Source: an uncultured Desulfobacterales bacterium (lineage in GTDB: Bacteria; Desulfobacterota; DSM-4660; Desulfatiglandales; JALVZP01). Taken from it: a stretch of 64,000 bases of DNA. Positions within the stretch are counted from its first letter, which is position 1; every line of letters begins with the position of its first letter. A model generated the notes under the pieces. The model was given only the letters and a program-made list of their open reading frames with translations, had not been told where the DNA came from and did no database searches. A program made the position numbers and the translations under genes. Shown here piece by piece: positions 40,758 to 52,250 of the stretch. The DNA is taken from contig CAYMUI010000034.1 in the NCBI GenBank assembly GCA_964393645.1, positions 5,970-69,969 of the forward strand, written 5' to 3'.

Positions 40758-41397
40758 GATACCGCCTCAAAAATTCAATTATAATCCTTTTTATTTCTTC
40801 AGAATAACCCCAGTAAAAATGATCAGCGCCCTCTATTACAATCAATTTTGCCTCTGGATTCCATTTAGATAACATGTCCTTAAGCACTTCTGCTGGCGCT
40901 ATATCATCGTAGGAGCCGGTTATTACAAGCTTTACTTTTGAACCATCCTTCAAAGAGGAAAAATCCGATACAGCAACAGGAGGAGATACAAAAAGTGCGT
41001 GCTCTATTTCGTTAAGATCTTTTAAGCAAGATGCTATCACCCAAGAACCAAAAGAATATCCTGCCACTGCTGTTTTGTTTACCTTTAAAGACTCAAGATA
41101 TCTTAATACTGTCTTTAGATCCTCAGATTCTCCTATTCCGTTATCAAAAGTACCTGTGCTTCTTCCTACCCCTCTAAAATTAAACCTTATCGTGGTATAT
41201 CCTTCTGAATAATAGGCCTGCGTTATTGCCTCTACTACATTGTTGTACATGTTTCCACCATAAAGGGGATGCGGATGAGCTATCACCACGCCTTTATCAC
41301 TATTATTTTTAGCTATTAGTGCCTCAAGCCTTACCCCTGGCTCTGAGTTTATGAAAACACTTTCTTCTTTATTTGCTCTTTGCCACATACACTCCAT
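40747..41397 (-). CDS. alpha/beta hydrolase
   Basis: 216 aa with nucleophile elbow GYSFGS and a C-terminal GADHFY. The start is uncertain because it overlaps the cyclase gene 3' end. Confidence 0.75.
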   Translation of the reverse strand: MECMWQRANKEESVFINSEPGVRLEALIAKNNSDKGVVIAHPHPLYGGNMYNNVVEAITQAYYSEGYTTIRFNFRGVGRSTGTFDNGIGESEDLKTVLRYLESLKVNKTAVAGYSFGSWVIASCLKDLNEIEHALFVSPPVAVSDFSSLKDGSKVKLVITGSYDDIAPAEVLKDMLSKWNPEAKLIVIEGADHFYWGYSEEIKRIIIEFLRRYHGT

Positions 41398-43501
41398 CCC
41401 AGTTTTCTGGAGGTGGATTTAACATAAATTCTTTACATCTCTGAGAAAAGACATGAGAAACAGTATCGTTGTACCTTTTTTCTAAGTCAGAAAATATCTC
41501 CAAAGCCTCTTTAAACCTTCCATGACGGTAAAGGTAAAGAGCCCTGTGGAACATAGTTATAAGTTCATCGTCTAATTCCACTGAAAGCTCATATATGGTT
41601 ACGGGGAGCTCTTTTCCTTTTACTTTTATCTTGTCAAGCTCCCTAAATTTAAATTCGTCTGACTTTGCTTTATTTTTGGTAAACTCGCTTACAATGATGT
41701 GAGTTCCATACTGCTTATTCAATGACTCAAGTCTTGAAGAAAGATTCACGGTATCTCCTATAGCAGTGTAATCAAATCTTACATCTGTTCCCATGTTTCC
41801 AACCACTGCGTCTCCCGTATGAATTCCTATACCTATGTCTATTTCGGGAAAACCTATTTGCCTAAATTCTCTGTTTACCTGTTCAAGTGCCTTTATCATT
41901 TCTACAGCACTTTTACAAGCAAGATAAGGGTGATCTTCTATATCTAATGGGGCATTGTATATAGCCATTATGGCATCACCTATGTACTTATCCAAGGTTC
42001 CTTTATGGTTCAAAATGATGTGAGTCATGGGATCCAGATATCTGTTTAATATCTCAACAATTACTTCTGGAGGAAATTTCTCAGATATACTTGTAAATCC
42101 TCTTATGTCTGAAAAGAGGATCGTAACCTCTTTTTTTTCTCCTCCAAGTCTCAACATATCCGGGTTTTTCACTATCTGAGATACCAGCTGAGGTGATATG
42201 TAACTGGAAAAAGCCTTTTGCAGAAACCTGCTCCTTCTCATCTCCACAAGGTTTCTATACGCCTCACAGCCAATATAGGTAAGAAGAAGAGGAAATGCAG
42301 GATACACCATGCTCATATTTAAACCATACTCTGAAAAGATCCCTATGTTAAAGATTCCATAACCCAAGAAAAAACCTACAAACAAAACCACAGAAAAGAG
42401 CACATGTTTTATAAGAGAAAGCAAAACAGACATAATCAATGGAAGGATCAGTATCAGTACCACTTCCAGTGCTATTACCCTTCCATCTCTTATGATGAAT
42501 CTGCCCTGCAATATATTGGACAATACTGTTGCATGTATCAATACTCCTGGCAAAACAGGATCCACAGGAGTTGCTCTGAGATCATATATGCCTATTTCTG
42601 TTGCTCCTACAAATACAGCCTTTCCTTTTATCTTGTCTTTTGGCACTCTTCCTTTTATTACATCTACAGCAGGGATCATGGGAAAATCACCGGATTCGCT
42701 GTAGTAGTTTATTACACACCTTCCCGTCTCATCCACAACCACATGTCTGTTTCCAATCAGAATGGAATCTATTCCATAAGAGGCAATGGATATAATCGGC
42801 TCTTGAGAAAGAAACTCCTTTGCAGAAGCAAGAGCAAGGGAAGGGAAAAGATCGCCTTCATATCCAGCAACAAGATTATAATTTCTACATATTCCGTCTC
42901 TGTCAGGAAATATATTAAAAAATCCAAATCCTTTAGCATACTTGGATATCTCAGGTATATTTAACTCAGCATAAGGAAAAACCGGCACCGGCACCTGTTT
43001 GACTTCTTTTCCGATAAATCTGAAAAGCCCGAGTTTATAGTTTCTTAAAGCCTCTACAGACTCTTTATCTGCTTCTTCTGGATTGTATCTAAAAAAATAT
43101 CCAAGAATTACATTACCAGCATCTTTCACCGCACTGGCTAACAGATAATCGTTCTTGGGATCTGATCTTTCTGAAAAGACGATGTCTAAGGCTATTACTT
43201 TTGCTCCATACTCTGAAAGCTGTCTAATAAGTTTTGCTATAATAGCACGGGGCCATGGCCATCTTCCCAGCTCGTTGATACTTTTTTGATCAATTGTAAC
43301 TATCGCTATACAGGGATCAGGATGAAACCCTTTTCTGAGCTTAAATCTTACATCCTGCATCTTTAGATCTATTCCTTTTATCAGGGAAGGGTCATATCTG
43401 TAAATGAAAAGAACTATAAGAGACGAAATTAAGGCAATACCCGAAAATATAAGCCACCTTGCCTCCTTCCACCTAAATTTCAATTTAAATTTCATGATCA
43501 A
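41369..43501 (-). CDS. CHASE2-sensor adenylate/guanylate cyclase
   Basis: 710 aa. N-terminal TM plus a periplasmic CHASE2-like region, a cluster of TM helices, a class III cyclase domain (TILFSDIRGFTSISE ... GDAIMAIYNAP ... GIHTGDAVVGNMG) and a short helical C-terminus. Confidence 0.85.
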   Translation of the reverse strand: MIMKFKLKFRWKEARWLIFSGIALISSLIVLFIYRYDPSLIKGIDLKMQDVRFKLRKGFHPDPCIAIVTIDQKSINELGRWPWPRAIIAKLIRQLSEYGAKVIALDIVFSERSDPKNDYLLASAVKDAGNVILGYFFRYNPEEADKESVEALRNYKLGLFRFIGKEVKQVPVPVFPYAELNIPEISKYAKGFGFFNIFPDRDGICRNYNLVAGYEGDLFPSLALASAKEFLSQEPIISIASYGIDSILIGNRHVVVDETGRCVINYYSESGDFPMIPAVDVIKGRVPKDKIKGKAVFVGATEIGIYDLRATPVDPVLPGVLIHATVLSNILQGRFIIRDGRVIALEVVLILILPLIMSVLLSLIKHVLFSVVLFVGFFLGYGIFNIGIFSEYGLNMSMVYPAFPLLLTYIGCEAYRNLVEMRRSRFLQKAFSSYISPQLVSQIVKNPDMLRLGGEKKEVTILFSDIRGFTSISEKFPPEVIVEILNRYLDPMTHIILNHKGTLDKYIGDAIMAIYNAPLDIEDHPYLACKSAVEMIKALEQVNREFRQIGFPEIDIGIGIHTGDAVVGNMGTDVRFDYTAIGDTVNLSSRLESLNKQYGTHIIVSEFTKNKAKSDEFKFRELDKIKVKGKELPVTIYELSVELDDELITMFHRALYLYRHGRFKEALEIFSDLEKRYNDTVSHVFSQRCKEFMLNPPPENWDGVYVAKSK

Positions 43502-43597
43502 CTTTATACAATAAATACTTAGATAAGCAAAGGTTTAAGGTGCAGATCTTTTTCTTGACGACGGCATAGTATTAACTTAAAAAATAGCGAGGCAAAA

Positions 43598-44713
43598 ATG
43601 AAGGCGCTTCTTGCATTGGAGGACGGAACAGTTTTTTGGGGGCGATCTTTTACGGGCCCGTGCGAGGTTACAGGAGAAGTGGTGTTTAACACGAGTATGA
43701 CAGGGTATCAGGAAATACTTACAGATCCGTCTTATTGTGGTCAGATAGTGACCATGACTTACCCTCTGATAGGAAACTATGGCACTAATTATGAGGATGT
43801 AGAATCAGAGAAGATCCAAGTAACCGCTTTTATTATAAAGGAATATCAGGAATATCCGAGCAACTGGAGATCTAAAATGAGTCTTGCGGATTATCTGAAG
43901 AAATGGGGCGTTCCCGGAATAGAAGGAATAGACACGAGAGCACTTACAAGACACATAAGACTACAAGGGGCCATGAAAGGGGCCATCTCTACCTACGACC
44001 TTGACCCTGAGTCTCTGGTACAAAAAGCAAAAAATGCACCGGACATAAAAGGCAGAGATCTGGTAAAAGAGGTCACTCACAAGACAGCAATGCTTTGGAA
44101 AAACGGAAAGGCGATTCCCAAAGAGATTGAAAACTTCAAATGGCCTGATGACAGAAGGTATAAGGTTATAGCTATGGACTACGGAATAAAATATAACATA
44201 TTGAGATGCTTGGAACAGAGAAACTGTAGCATTTTGATCCTGCCAGCAGACACCAACTCTGAGATCATAGACATGCTCAATCCTGACGGTCTTTTTTTAA
44301 GCAATGGCCCTGGAGACCCTGCTCCTTTGCATTATGCTATAGAAACCATAAGGGCACAATTGGGAAAAAGGCCTATATTCGGTATATGTCTTGGTCATCA
44401 GTTGCTTTCCCTTGCTCTTGGAGCAAAGACTTACAAACTTAAGTTTGGGCATAGAGGTGCAAATCAACCGGTAAAAAACCTAAAGACAGGCAGGGTGGAA
44501 ATCACATCTCAAAATCACGGTTTCTGCGTGGACGCAAGCACCTTGCCAAAAGAAGCAGAGGTAACCCATATAAACCTGAATGACGATACGCTGGAAGGAA
44601 TCATGTGTGAAAAGCTTTCTGCCTTTTCTGTACAGTATCATCCTGAAGCTTCTCCGGGTCCACATGATGCAAACTATCTATTTGATGTTTTTATAGAATT
44701 TATGAACAGATAG
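43598..44713 (+). CDS. carA: carbamoyl-phosphate synthase small (glutaminase) subunit
   Basis: 371 aa with the catalytic GICLGHQ and a C-terminal HPE triad context. Confidence 0.97.
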   Translation: MKALLALEDGTVFWGRSFTGPCEVTGEVVFNTSMTGYQEILTDPSYCGQIVTMTYPLIGNYGTNYEDVESEKIQVTAFIIKEYQEYPSNWRSKMSLADYLKKWGVPGIEGIDTRALTRHIRLQGAMKGAISTYDLDPESLVQKAKNAPDIKGRDLVKEVTHKTAMLWKNGKAIPKEIENFKWPDDRRYKVIAMDYGIKYNILRCLEQRNCSILILPADTNSEIIDMLNPDGLFLSNGPGDPAPLHYAIETIRAQLGKRPIFGICLGHQLLSLALGAKTYKLKFGHRGANQPVKNLKTGRVEITSQNHGFCVDASTLPKEAEVTHINLNDDTLEGIMCEKLSAFSVQYHPEASPGPHDANYLFDVFIEFMNR

Positions 44714-44721
44714 ATGTTTTT

Positions 44722-47700
44722 ATGCCAAAGAGAACAGACATAAAAAAGATACTTATAATAGGTTCTGGCCCAATAATAATAGGTCAGGCATGTGAATTTG
44801 ATTATTCGGGCACTCAGGCATGTAAGGCTCTTAGAGAAGAAGGCTACGAAGTAGTTCTCATAAACAGCAACCCTGCCACTATCATGACAGATCCCGAAAT
44901 GGCACACCACACTTACATAGAGCCTATCACGCCAGAGTTCACCGTAAAAGTGATCCAACGAGAAAGACCCGATGCCATCCTGCCAACACTTGGAGGACAA
45001 ACAGGGCTCAATACAGCAGTAAAGGTTGCTGAAACGGGTATATTAGAAGAACTGAAAGTGGAAATGATCGGTGCATCCATTCCTGTTATACATAAGGCAG
45101 AAGACAGGGAAGAATTCAGAAAGGCAATGGAAAAAATAGGTCTCAGGATTCCAAAGAGCAGAATAGCAAGAAACATGCAGGAGGCAAGAGAGGCAGCCGA
45201 AGAAATTGGTTACCCGCTCATAATAAGACCGAGCTTTACCTTAGGTGGTACGGGCAGTGGCGTCGTGTACAACAGAGAAGAGTTAGAAGTAATCGCAAAA
45301 GCCGGACTTGATGCAAGCCTTATTTCAGAAATTCTTATTGAAGAGTCTTTGATCGGATGGAAGGAATACGAATTAGAAGTAATGAGAGATTACAAAGATA
45401 ATGTGGTAATAATATGTTCTATTGAAAACTTTGATCCCATGGGAATACATACAGGAGACAGCATCACTGTTGCTCCTGCTCAGACCTTAACCGATAAAGA
45501 ATACCAGAGAATGAGAGATGCCGCGATCGCAATCATAAGAGAGATAGGAGTTGAAACAGGTGGATCAAATATACAGTTTGCCATAAATCCAGAAAACGGG
45601 GAAATGATGGTAATCGAGATGAATCCCCGGGTTTCTCGAAGCTCTGCTCTTGCTTCTAAAGCTACCGGTTTTCCTATTGCAAAGATTGCTGCCAAACTTG
45701 CTGTAGGTTACTCCTTGGATGAACTGGCCAACGACATCACGAAAGAAACAAAGGCATCCTTTGAGCCTACCATAGACTATTGTGTGGTCAAGATCCCGAG
45801 ATGGGCGTTTGAAAAATTTCACGGTTCAAAAGACTTGCTCAACACTTCCATGAAGTCGGTCGGAGAAACCATGGCTATTGGAAGGACCTTCAAGGAGGCG
45901 CTTCACAAGGCTATAAGATCCTTGGAAATAAACAGGTTTGGCTTTGGGCCATTTACAGACATGGACGAAGAAGAAATCAGAAAAGGCTTAATAAATCCCA
46001 ACTCCAAAAGACTTTTTTACATATACGAAGCATTCCACAAGGGATTTTCTGTGGACGAAGTGCACAAACTTACCTACATAGACCCTTGGTTTCTGCATCA
46101 CATATTCCAGATATACCAGTTAGAAACGAAACTGAGAAATCTGGCCAAGATGAGAAATACCCCGGATATGTGGGACAAAGAATTTCTTTTTACTGTAAAG
46201 TCATTCGGATTTTCTGACAAATACTTAGCAGACATATACGGATGTGAAGAAGCAGACATAAGGCGGATAAGAGAAGAAAAAGGGGTAAAACCCGTGTACA
46301 AACTTGTAGATACATGTGCGGCTGAATTTGAAGCATACACTCCATATTACTACTCCACCTATGAAGTGGAAAACGAGATAAGAAGGTCTAACAAGAAAAA
46401 AGTGGTGATTCTGGGAGCCGGACCCAACAGAATTGGACAGGGCATTGAGTTTGATTACTGTTGTGTGCAAGCCTCTTTTGCCCTGAAGGAATTGGGAATA
46501 GAAAGCATCATGGTAAACAGCAACCCGGAAACAGTTAGCACAGATTATGACACATCTGACAAGCTGTACTTTGAACCTCTTACTACCGAAGATGTCTTAA
46601 ACATTGTGGAACAAGAAGGTGCAATGGGAGTGATTGTACAGTTTGGCGGGCAAACTCCTTTGAATATAGCGGTTCCATTAGAAAACGCGGGAGTAAAAAT
46701 TCTTGGTACATCTCCTGACAGCATTGATAGAGCAGAAGACAGAGAAAGATTTCAGCAGCTTTTAAATAAGCTCGGACTGATCCAGCCGAAAAATGGAATT
46801 GCCACTAACGAGAGAGAAGCAATAGAAGTGGCAGAAAGAATCGGGTATCCTGTACTGGTCAGACCCTCATTTGTGCTGGGTGGAAGGGCTATGGAAATAG
46901 TGTATGATAGAGAAGACTTAGAATATTACATAAAAAGTGCCGTAGAGGTTTCTCCTGGAAAGCCTGTTCTTATAGACAAGTTTTTAGAAGACGCCACAGA
47001 GATAGATGTAGACGCTATATCTGATGGAAGCACCACCATAATCGGAGGAATAATGGAGCATATTGAAGAGGCGGGAATACACAGTGGAGATAGTGCATGT
47101 GTGCTTCCTCCCATCTCTTTAAAAAAGGAGATAATAGAAGAGATAAAAGAGCAAACCAAGGCTATAGCAAAAGAGCTCAATGTGGTCGGGCTTATGAACA
47201 TACAGTTTGCTGTAAAAGACAATACCGTATATGTTCTGGAAGTAAATCCCAGGGCATCCAGAACCATACCTTTTGTAAGCAAATCAACAGGGATTCCTTT
47301 AGCCAAGCTGGCCACAAAAGTAATAATGGGGCATAGCTTAAAGTCACTCGGACTCACAAATGAAATAGTACCTCCTCATATATGTGTAAAAGAATCGGTA
47401 TTTCCATTTGATAGGTTTCCCGAGGTAGATATAATATTAGGCCCTGAAATGAGATCCACGGGTGAAGTTATGGGAATAGACGAAGAATTTGCTCTCGCAT
47501 TTGCAAAGGCACAATTGGCAGCAGGGCAAAAACTTCCTCTGAAAGGAACGGTATTTATGAGTATAAAAGACGAAGACAAGATGGCCTCCTTGGAAGTGGC
47601 TTTTGGCCTTTGTGATATGGGATTTAAGATCTTGGCTACAAAAGGAACCTCTTCGTTCCTATCTGCCCACGGAATCCCGAACAAAACAGTAAAAAAGTTA

Positions 47701-48000
47701 AATGAAGGGAGACCTAACATAGTAGACATGATAAAAAACGGAGAAATAGATTTAGTTATAAACACAACGAGCACAAAAAGAGCCGTAACAGATGCCTTTT
47801 ATATAAGAAGAGCTGCTGTAGCCTTCAGAGTTCCTTACACAACCACTATTGCTGGGGCCAAAGCCACTGTCAAGGCAATAAGAGCAATGAGAAACAAGGG
47901 TCTTTCAGTAAAGAGCCTGCAGGAATACCATGAGGACATTTCAAGAAAGTATGCTCTTAGAGTATCCAAAAGAGAAGTGCGGGATATTTGCGGTATATAA
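44722..48000 (+). CDS. carB: carbamoyl-phosphate synthase large subunit
   Basis: 1092 aa with duplicated ATP-grasp halves ([14 protein letters not shown] / [14 protein letters not shown]) and an MGS-like C-terminal domain. Confidence 0.98.
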   Translation: MPKRTDIKKILIIGSGPIIIGQACEFDYSGTQACKALREEGYEVVLINSNPATIMTDPEMAHHTYIEPITPEFTVKVIQRERPDAILPTLGGQTGLNTAVKVAETGILEELKVEMIGASIPVIHKAEDREEFRKAMEKIGLRIPKSRIARNMQEAREAAEEIGYPLIIRPSFTLGGTGSGVVYNREELEVIAKAGLDASLISEILIEESLIGWKEYELEVMRDYKDNVVIICSIENFDPMGIHTGDSITVAPAQTLTDKEYQRMRDAAIAIIREIGVETGGSNIQFAINPENGEMMVIEMNPRVSRSSALASKATGFPIAKIAAKLAVGYSLDELANDITKETKASFEPTIDYCVVKIPRWAFEKFHGSKDLLNTSMKSVGETMAIGRTFKEALHKAIRSLEINRFGFGPFTDMDEEEIRKGLINPNSKRLFYIYEAFHKGFSVDEVHKLTYIDPWFLHHIFQIYQLETKLRNLAKMRNTPDMWDKEFLFTVKSFGFSDKYLADIYGCEEADIRRIREEKGVKPVYKLVDTCAAEFEAYTPYYYSTYEVENEIRRSNKKKVVILGAGPNRIGQGIEFDYCCVQASFALKELGIESIMVNSNPETVSTDYDTSDKLYFEPLTTEDVLNIVEQEGAMGVIVQFGGQTPLNIAVPLENAGVKILGTSPDSIDRAEDRERFQQLLNKLGLIQPKNGIATNEREAIEVAERIGYPVLVRPSFVLGGRAMEIVYDREDLEYYIKSAVEVSPGKPVLIDKFLEDATEIDVDAISDGSTTIIGGIMEHIEEAGIHSGDSACVLPPISLKKEIIEEIKEQTKAIAKELNVVGLMNIQFAVKDNTVYVLEVNPRASRTIPFVSKSTGIPLAKLATKVIMGHSLKSLGLTNEIVPPHICVKESVFPFDRFPEVDIILGPEMRSTGEVMGIDEEFALAFAKAQLAAGQKLPLKGTVFMSIKDEDKMASLEVAFGLCDMGFKILATKGTSSFLSAHGIPNKTVKKLNEGRPNIVDMIKNGEIDLVINTTSTKRAVTDAFYIRRAAVAFRVPYTTTIAGAKATVKAIRAMRNKGLSVKSLQEYHEDISRKYALRVSKREVRDICGI

Positions 48001-49381
48001 TCATCCAGAAGCAGCAAAGCTAACTTATTTTGGCCTCTATGCCCTTCAACACAGAGGCCAGGAAAGTGCAGGTATAGTAAGCTCTAATGGAAAGAACATA
48101 TTTGAGTACAAAGCCATGGGGCTTGTCCACGATGTATTTAATGAAGAGATATTGAGTAAGCTAAAGGGTCACATTGCACTGGGGCATGTGAGATACTCCA
48201 CCACCGGCTCTTCTTTAATCTCAAATGCCCAACCCTTCCGGGTTCAGTATTCAGGAAAATCTTTTGCTATTGCCCATAATGGAAATCTGGTTAATGCGGT
48301 AAGGCTCCGTAATGAGCTGGAAAAAAGAGGCTCTATATTTCAAACCACTATGGACAGTGAAATAATCTTACACCTCATAGCAAAAGAGCTAAACAAAGGG
48401 ATCGAAAACGCTGTACTGAAAACTATGAAAAGAGTAAAGGGCGCCTACTCTCTGGTCATTATGACAGAAGACTCTCTCATTGCCGTAAGGGATCCCAATG
48501 GATTCAGACCGTTGTGCCTTGGAAAAATAAACTCCGGTTATGTAATTGCTTCAGAGACATGTGCACTGGATCTGGTAGAAGCAAAGTATGTAAGAGATAT
48601 AATGCCGGGAGAAATCCTGATAATTGATAAAAAAGGATTGAGAAGCATAAAATCCGGAATAAACGCCAAGGTAAGCCAGTGTATATTTGAGCTTATATAC
48701 TTTGCCAGACCAGATAGTATGGTGTTTGGAGAAAATGTGTATATGTTCAGAAAAAGACAAGGGATGCTTCTGGCTAAGGAATATCCAATAGATGCAGATC
48801 TTGTGATGCCATTTCCTGATTCAGGCACTTATGCAGCAATTGGTTATTCTCAAGCTTCAGGCATACCCTTTGAAATGGGAATGATAAGAAATCATTATGT
48901 AGGCAGAACATTCATTCAGCCATCTCAAAGCATGAGAGACTTTGGGGTAAAAGTAAAACTAAATCCTGTAAGGGACCTTATAGCTGGAAAAAGGGTAATC
49001 ATAATTGAAGATTCCATAATAAGAGGAACAACTGCCAGATTAAGAGTAAACACTTTGAGAAAGATCGGAGCAAAAGAGGTGCATATGCTTGTAAGCTGTC
49101 CTCCACACCGTTACCCGTGTGTATACGGGATAGACTTCTCTACAAAAGGGGAACTCATAGCGGCCACAAAGTCTATAGAACAGATAAAAGAGTTTTTGGG
49201 ATTAGATAGTCTCGGTTATCTGTCAAAAGAAAGCTTGGTTAAGGCCAGCACCATACCTGAAGAAAAACTCTGTCTTGCCTGTTTTACAGGAAAGTATCCG
49301 GTACCGATAGAAGATAAGTTTAACAAATACTGTTTTGAACTCAGCGAGAATATATCCCTATCAGCACAGCCTTGTCTATGA
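47930..49381 (+). CDS. purF: amidophosphoribosyltransferase
   Basis: N-terminal nucleophile context KEKCGIFAV, PRTase loop [13 protein letters not shown], and Fe-S cysteines ([17 protein letters not shown]). The start is either 47930 or ATG 47951; both overlap the carB 3' end. Confidence 0.95.
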   Translation: MRTFQESMLLEYPKEKCGIFAVYNHPEAAKLTYFGLYALQHRGQESAGIVSSNGKNIFEYKAMGLVHDVFNEEILSKLKGHIALGHVRYSTTGSSLISNAQPFRVQYSGKSFAIAHNGNLVNAVRLRNELEKRGSIFQTTMDSEIILHLIAKELNKGIENAVLKTMKRVKGAYSLVIMTEDSLIAVRDPNGFRPLCLGKINSGYVIASETCALDLVEAKYVRDIMPGEILIIDKKGLRSIKSGINAKVSQCIFELIYFARPDSMVFGENVYMFRKRQGMLLAKEYPIDADLVMPFPDSGTYAAIGYSQASGIPFEMGMIRNHYVGRTFIQPSQSMRDFGVKVKLNPVRDLIAGKRVIIIEDSIIRGTTARLRVNTLRKIGAKEVHMLVSCPPHRYPCVYGIDFSTKGELIAATKSIEQIKEFLGLDSLGYLSKESLVKASTIPEEKLCLACFTGKYPVPIEDKFNKYCFELSENISLSAQPCL

Positions 49382-49868
49382 TATGTTCACCTATTAACCT
49401 TAGAAGCTGCTCCTTCGTAAGTCCTGCGGGCAGATCCAACATGTCGTCCAAGGCATAAAGTTTAAAAAAATACCTGTGTGTTCCCCATGGAGGGCACGGG
49501 CCACCATAGCCTATTTTCTTAAAATCGTTCAAACCCTGCGTTCCTCCTATAGAAGGATTCTCCTCTGGCAGTATGTTTTCCGGCAGACTTCTTACCTCTT
49601 TTGGGATATTATAATACACCCAGTGCACCCATGTTCCCATAGGCGCGTCGGGATCGTCACATATAAGAGCAAAACTCTTTGTCCCATCCGGTACCCCTTC
49701 CCATCTGAGGGGAGGTGAGATGTTCTCGCCGTCGCATGTGTACCTTTTAGGTATCTTGTGTCCGTGTTTAAAAGCCGGGCTTTCCAGCCTGAGTGTCTTC
49801 CTTTCTGCATAAACAGAACCAAAGAATAAGAAACAGAGAACAAAGGCAAAACATAAAGCCCTTCTCAT
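49341..49868 (-). CDS. YbhB/YbcL-family phosphatidylethanolamine-binding (PEBP) protein, secreted
   Basis: [29 protein letters not shown] moved the start from 49934 to ATG 49868 ([21 protein letters not shown] signal peptide). GGAGG lies upstream, and there is an ATGA overlap with the thiC stop. Confidence 0.88.
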   Translation of the reverse strand: MRRALCFAFVLCFLFFGSVYAERKTLRLESPAFKHGHKIPKRYTCDGENISPPLRWEGVPDGTKSFALICDDPDAPMGTWVHWVYYNIPKEVRSLPENILPEENPSIGGTQGLNDFKKIGYGGPCPPWGTHRYFFKLYALDDMLDLPAGLTKEQLLRLIGEHIIDKAVLIGIYSR

Positions 49869-51157
49869 TTCTTTCCTCCCCTGAAAAAATCCCTTACCTG
49901 TTTTATGGCACAGTACTTCCCGCACATAGTACACACCTCTTTTTCAGAAGGAGGAAACTTTTCTCTGTATTGTCTGGCCTTTTCAGGATCGATTGACAGT
50001 TTTATCTGAGTTTCCCAGTCCAGCTTTTCTCTTGCTATGGACATCTGTCTGTCTCTTTCAATAGCAAGTTTATTACCCCTTGCAATGTCAGCCGCATGTG
50101 CAGCTATCTTTGCTACTATAACCCCTTCTCGTACATCCTCGACATCTGGAAGACATAAGTGCTCCGCAGGAGTAACATAACATAAAAAGTCAGCTCCGCA
50201 TGCCCCTGCTATTGCTCCCCCAATGGCTGCAGCCACATGATCATATCCGGAAGCAATGTCTGTAACAACCGGCCCAAGCACATAAAAAGGCGCTCCTTCA
50301 CACAAACTTTTCTGAAGCTTTATGTTCGTCTCTATCTGATTTAAAGGCACATGCCCGGGACCTTCTACCATGGCCTGAACATCATTTTCCCTTGCCCTTT
50401 TTACGAGTTCGCCCAAGATTATAAGCTCATGAATCTGGGCTCTGTCTGTGGCGTCCATTATAGAGCCCGGTCTGAGACTGTCTCCAAGGCTTAAGGTTAT
50501 GTCATACTTCTTTGCTATCTCTAAGAGCCTGTCATAGTGCTCATAAAGTGGATTTTCCTTTTCATGATATAGCATCCAGGTAGTAAGGAATGATCCTCCT
50601 CTGCTTACTATATTCGTAACTCTTCCCTGCTCCTTTAACAGTTCGAGTCCTTTCAGAGTTAAACCAGAGTGCACTGTCATAAAGTCAACCCCATCTTCTG
50701 CCTGCTTTTCTATTACAGAGAATATTTCGTCCACCGTAAGAAATATTATACCGCCTTTTTTTTCTGCTACCTCAATTGCTGCTTGATATATTGGCACTGT
50801 TCCCACTGGTACCGACGAATTTTTTATTATAGCCCTTCTAAAGGTATCCAGATCTCCTCCGGTAGATAAGTCCATAACCGTATCAGCACCCGCCTTTATT
50901 GCTACCTCTAATTTTTTAAGCTCTTCTTCCAGAATAGCCCTGTCAGAAGATGCGCCAATGTTGGCATTTATCTTGACCCTTAAACCTTCACCTATACCAC
51001 ATGGGACAAGTCCGGTATGTCTTTTGTTACACGGAATTACCACTGTCCCCTTAGCTACCCGCTCTAATAGTACATCTACAGAAATACCCTCTTTTTTAGC
51101 CACCTCTTGCATTTCTGGGGTAACAATACCCTTTTTGGCTGCTTCTATCTGAGTCAT
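49865..51157 (-). CDS. thiC: phosphomethylpyrimidine synthase
   Basis: 430 aa with strong ThiC similarity and the C-terminal CTMCGKYCA cluster motif. Confidence 0.97.
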   Translation of the reverse strand: MTQIEAAKKGIVTPEMQEVAKKEGISVDVLLERVAKGTVVIPCNKRHTGLVPCGIGEGLRVKINANIGASSDRAILEEELKKLEVAIKAGADTVMDLSTGGDLDTFRRAIIKNSSVPVGTVPIYQAAIEVAEKKGGIIFLTVDEIFSVIEKQAEDGVDFMTVHSGLTLKGLELLKEQGRVTNIVSRGGSFLTTWMLYHEKENPLYEHYDRLLEIAKKYDITLSLGDSLRPGSIMDATDRAQIHELIILGELVKRARENDVQAMVEGPGHVPLNQIETNIKLQKSLCEGAPFYVLGPVVTDIASGYDHVAAAIGGAIAGACGADFLCYVTPAEHLCLPDVEDVREGVIVAKIAAHAADIARGNKLAIERDRQMSIAREKLDWETQIKLSIDPEKARQYREKFPPSEKEVCTMCGKYCAIKQVRDFFRGGKK

Positions 51158-51189
51158 ACCATCTCCGTTGATCTTATTGGTTTTAAAGT

Positions 51190-51217
51190 ATTATAGGGTA
51201 TTTGAAGATTTTATCAA
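51190..51217 (-). promoter_or_regulatory. sigma-70-type promoter for thiC
   Basis: Minus strand reads TTGATA (51217..51212), a 16-nt spacer, then TATAAT (51195..51190). It is about 30 nt upstream of the thiC ATG. Confidence 0.55.
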
Positions 51218-51239
51218 GAAAATTACTAAAATTACCTTT

Positions 51240-52085
51240 TTAATGTATGCTCTTTTTTACGCACAGTTGTTCCACTTTATCCGCGATCTCACTAATAGCC
51301 TTTGTAAAAGTGAGACTTTTGTCGTCCAAAAAAGAGGTATCTCCTCTATCTCCTGCTTCTACTACCTTGGGATCAATGGGAAGTCTTCCCAGAAAGGTTA
51401 ATCCTTTTACTTTTGCTACTTGTTCTCCGCCCTCTTTCTTGAACAAAGCTATTTCCTTTCCACAGTATGGACAAACAAATCCGCTCATATTTTCGATAAT
51501 ACCCAAAATCTGCATGTTTACTTTCTGGCAAAAGTTTATAGACTTTCTTACATCCGCAAGAGAAATCTCCTGCGGTGTAGTAACAATGATTGCCTTTGAG
51601 TCAGAAATGGTTTGGGCTACGGTTAAAGGTTCATCTCCTGTACCAGGAGGTGAATCAATGATGAGAAAATCAGGATCTGACCACTCAATATCTGCGATAA
51701 ATTGTCTTATGACCCCTATCTTTATAGGTCCTCTCCATATAGTGGCTATATCTTTATCTTCTCCCATGAGAACTTCTATTGAGATCACCTCCAGATTTTC
51801 GGACAAGCGAGCAGGAAATGCCTTTCCAGGTGTAGGAGCTGGAATAATTCCGCTTTTAAGACCGAGCAGTCTCGGAATGCTTGGTCCGTGAAGATCTATA
51901 TCCATAAGTCCTACTTTATATCCTTTTTTAGAAAGCAAAATAGCCAAGTACGCGGCAACACTGCTTTTTCCTACTCCTCCTTTTCCGCTCATTACCATTA
52001 TTTTGTGCTTAATCCTGCTCAGCTTTTTCTTTATCTCTTCATCCTGCAATTGTCTGGCATCTTTAAAAGACTTCTTCTCCTCCAT
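51240..52085 (-). CDS. Mrp/NBP35/ApbC-family Fe-S cluster carrier ATPase
   Basis: Deviant Walker A SGKGGVGKS, plus CPYCG. I moved the start from 52154 to ATG 52085 (MEEKKSF...), which is preceded by AGGAGG. Confidence 0.9.
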   Translation of the reverse strand: MEEKKSFKDARQLQDEEIKKKLSRIKHKIMVMSGKGGVGKSSVAAYLAILLSKKGYKVGLMDIDLHGPSIPRLLGLKSGIIPAPTPGKAFPARLSENLEVISIEVLMGEDKDIATIWRGPIKIGVIRQFIADIEWSDPDFLIIDSPPGTGDEPLTVAQTISDSKAIIVTTPQEISLADVRKSINFCQKVNMQILGIIENMSGFVCPYCGKEIALFKKEGGEQVAKVKGLTFLGRLPIDPKVVEAGDRGDTSFLDDKSLTFTKAISEIADKVEQLCVKKSIH

Positions 52086-52250
52086 TTTTACACCTCCTTT
52101 TTTGTTGACTGCTTCACAGTAACACCTATTTTGAGCATTTGCCCTTTTAAGCAACCTCCATATAGCACTACATTATTTCAAGATCAAGCAATTATAAACT
52201 TTGGATAAATAGACTTGACACGGCAGTGACCAAAAGATAATTTTCATTTT

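Noticed and set aside
51247-51891. 214-aa plus-strand ORF. Similar long plus-strand ORFs occur at 9535-10008, 12264-12581, 13507-13827, 42404-42964 and 62178-63338.
   Set aside because: All are antisense to strongly supported genes (Mrp, atpD, atpH, b', cyclase, MCP). All have Ser/Leu/Phe-rich low-complexity translations typical of the reverse frame of Lys/Glu-rich genes.
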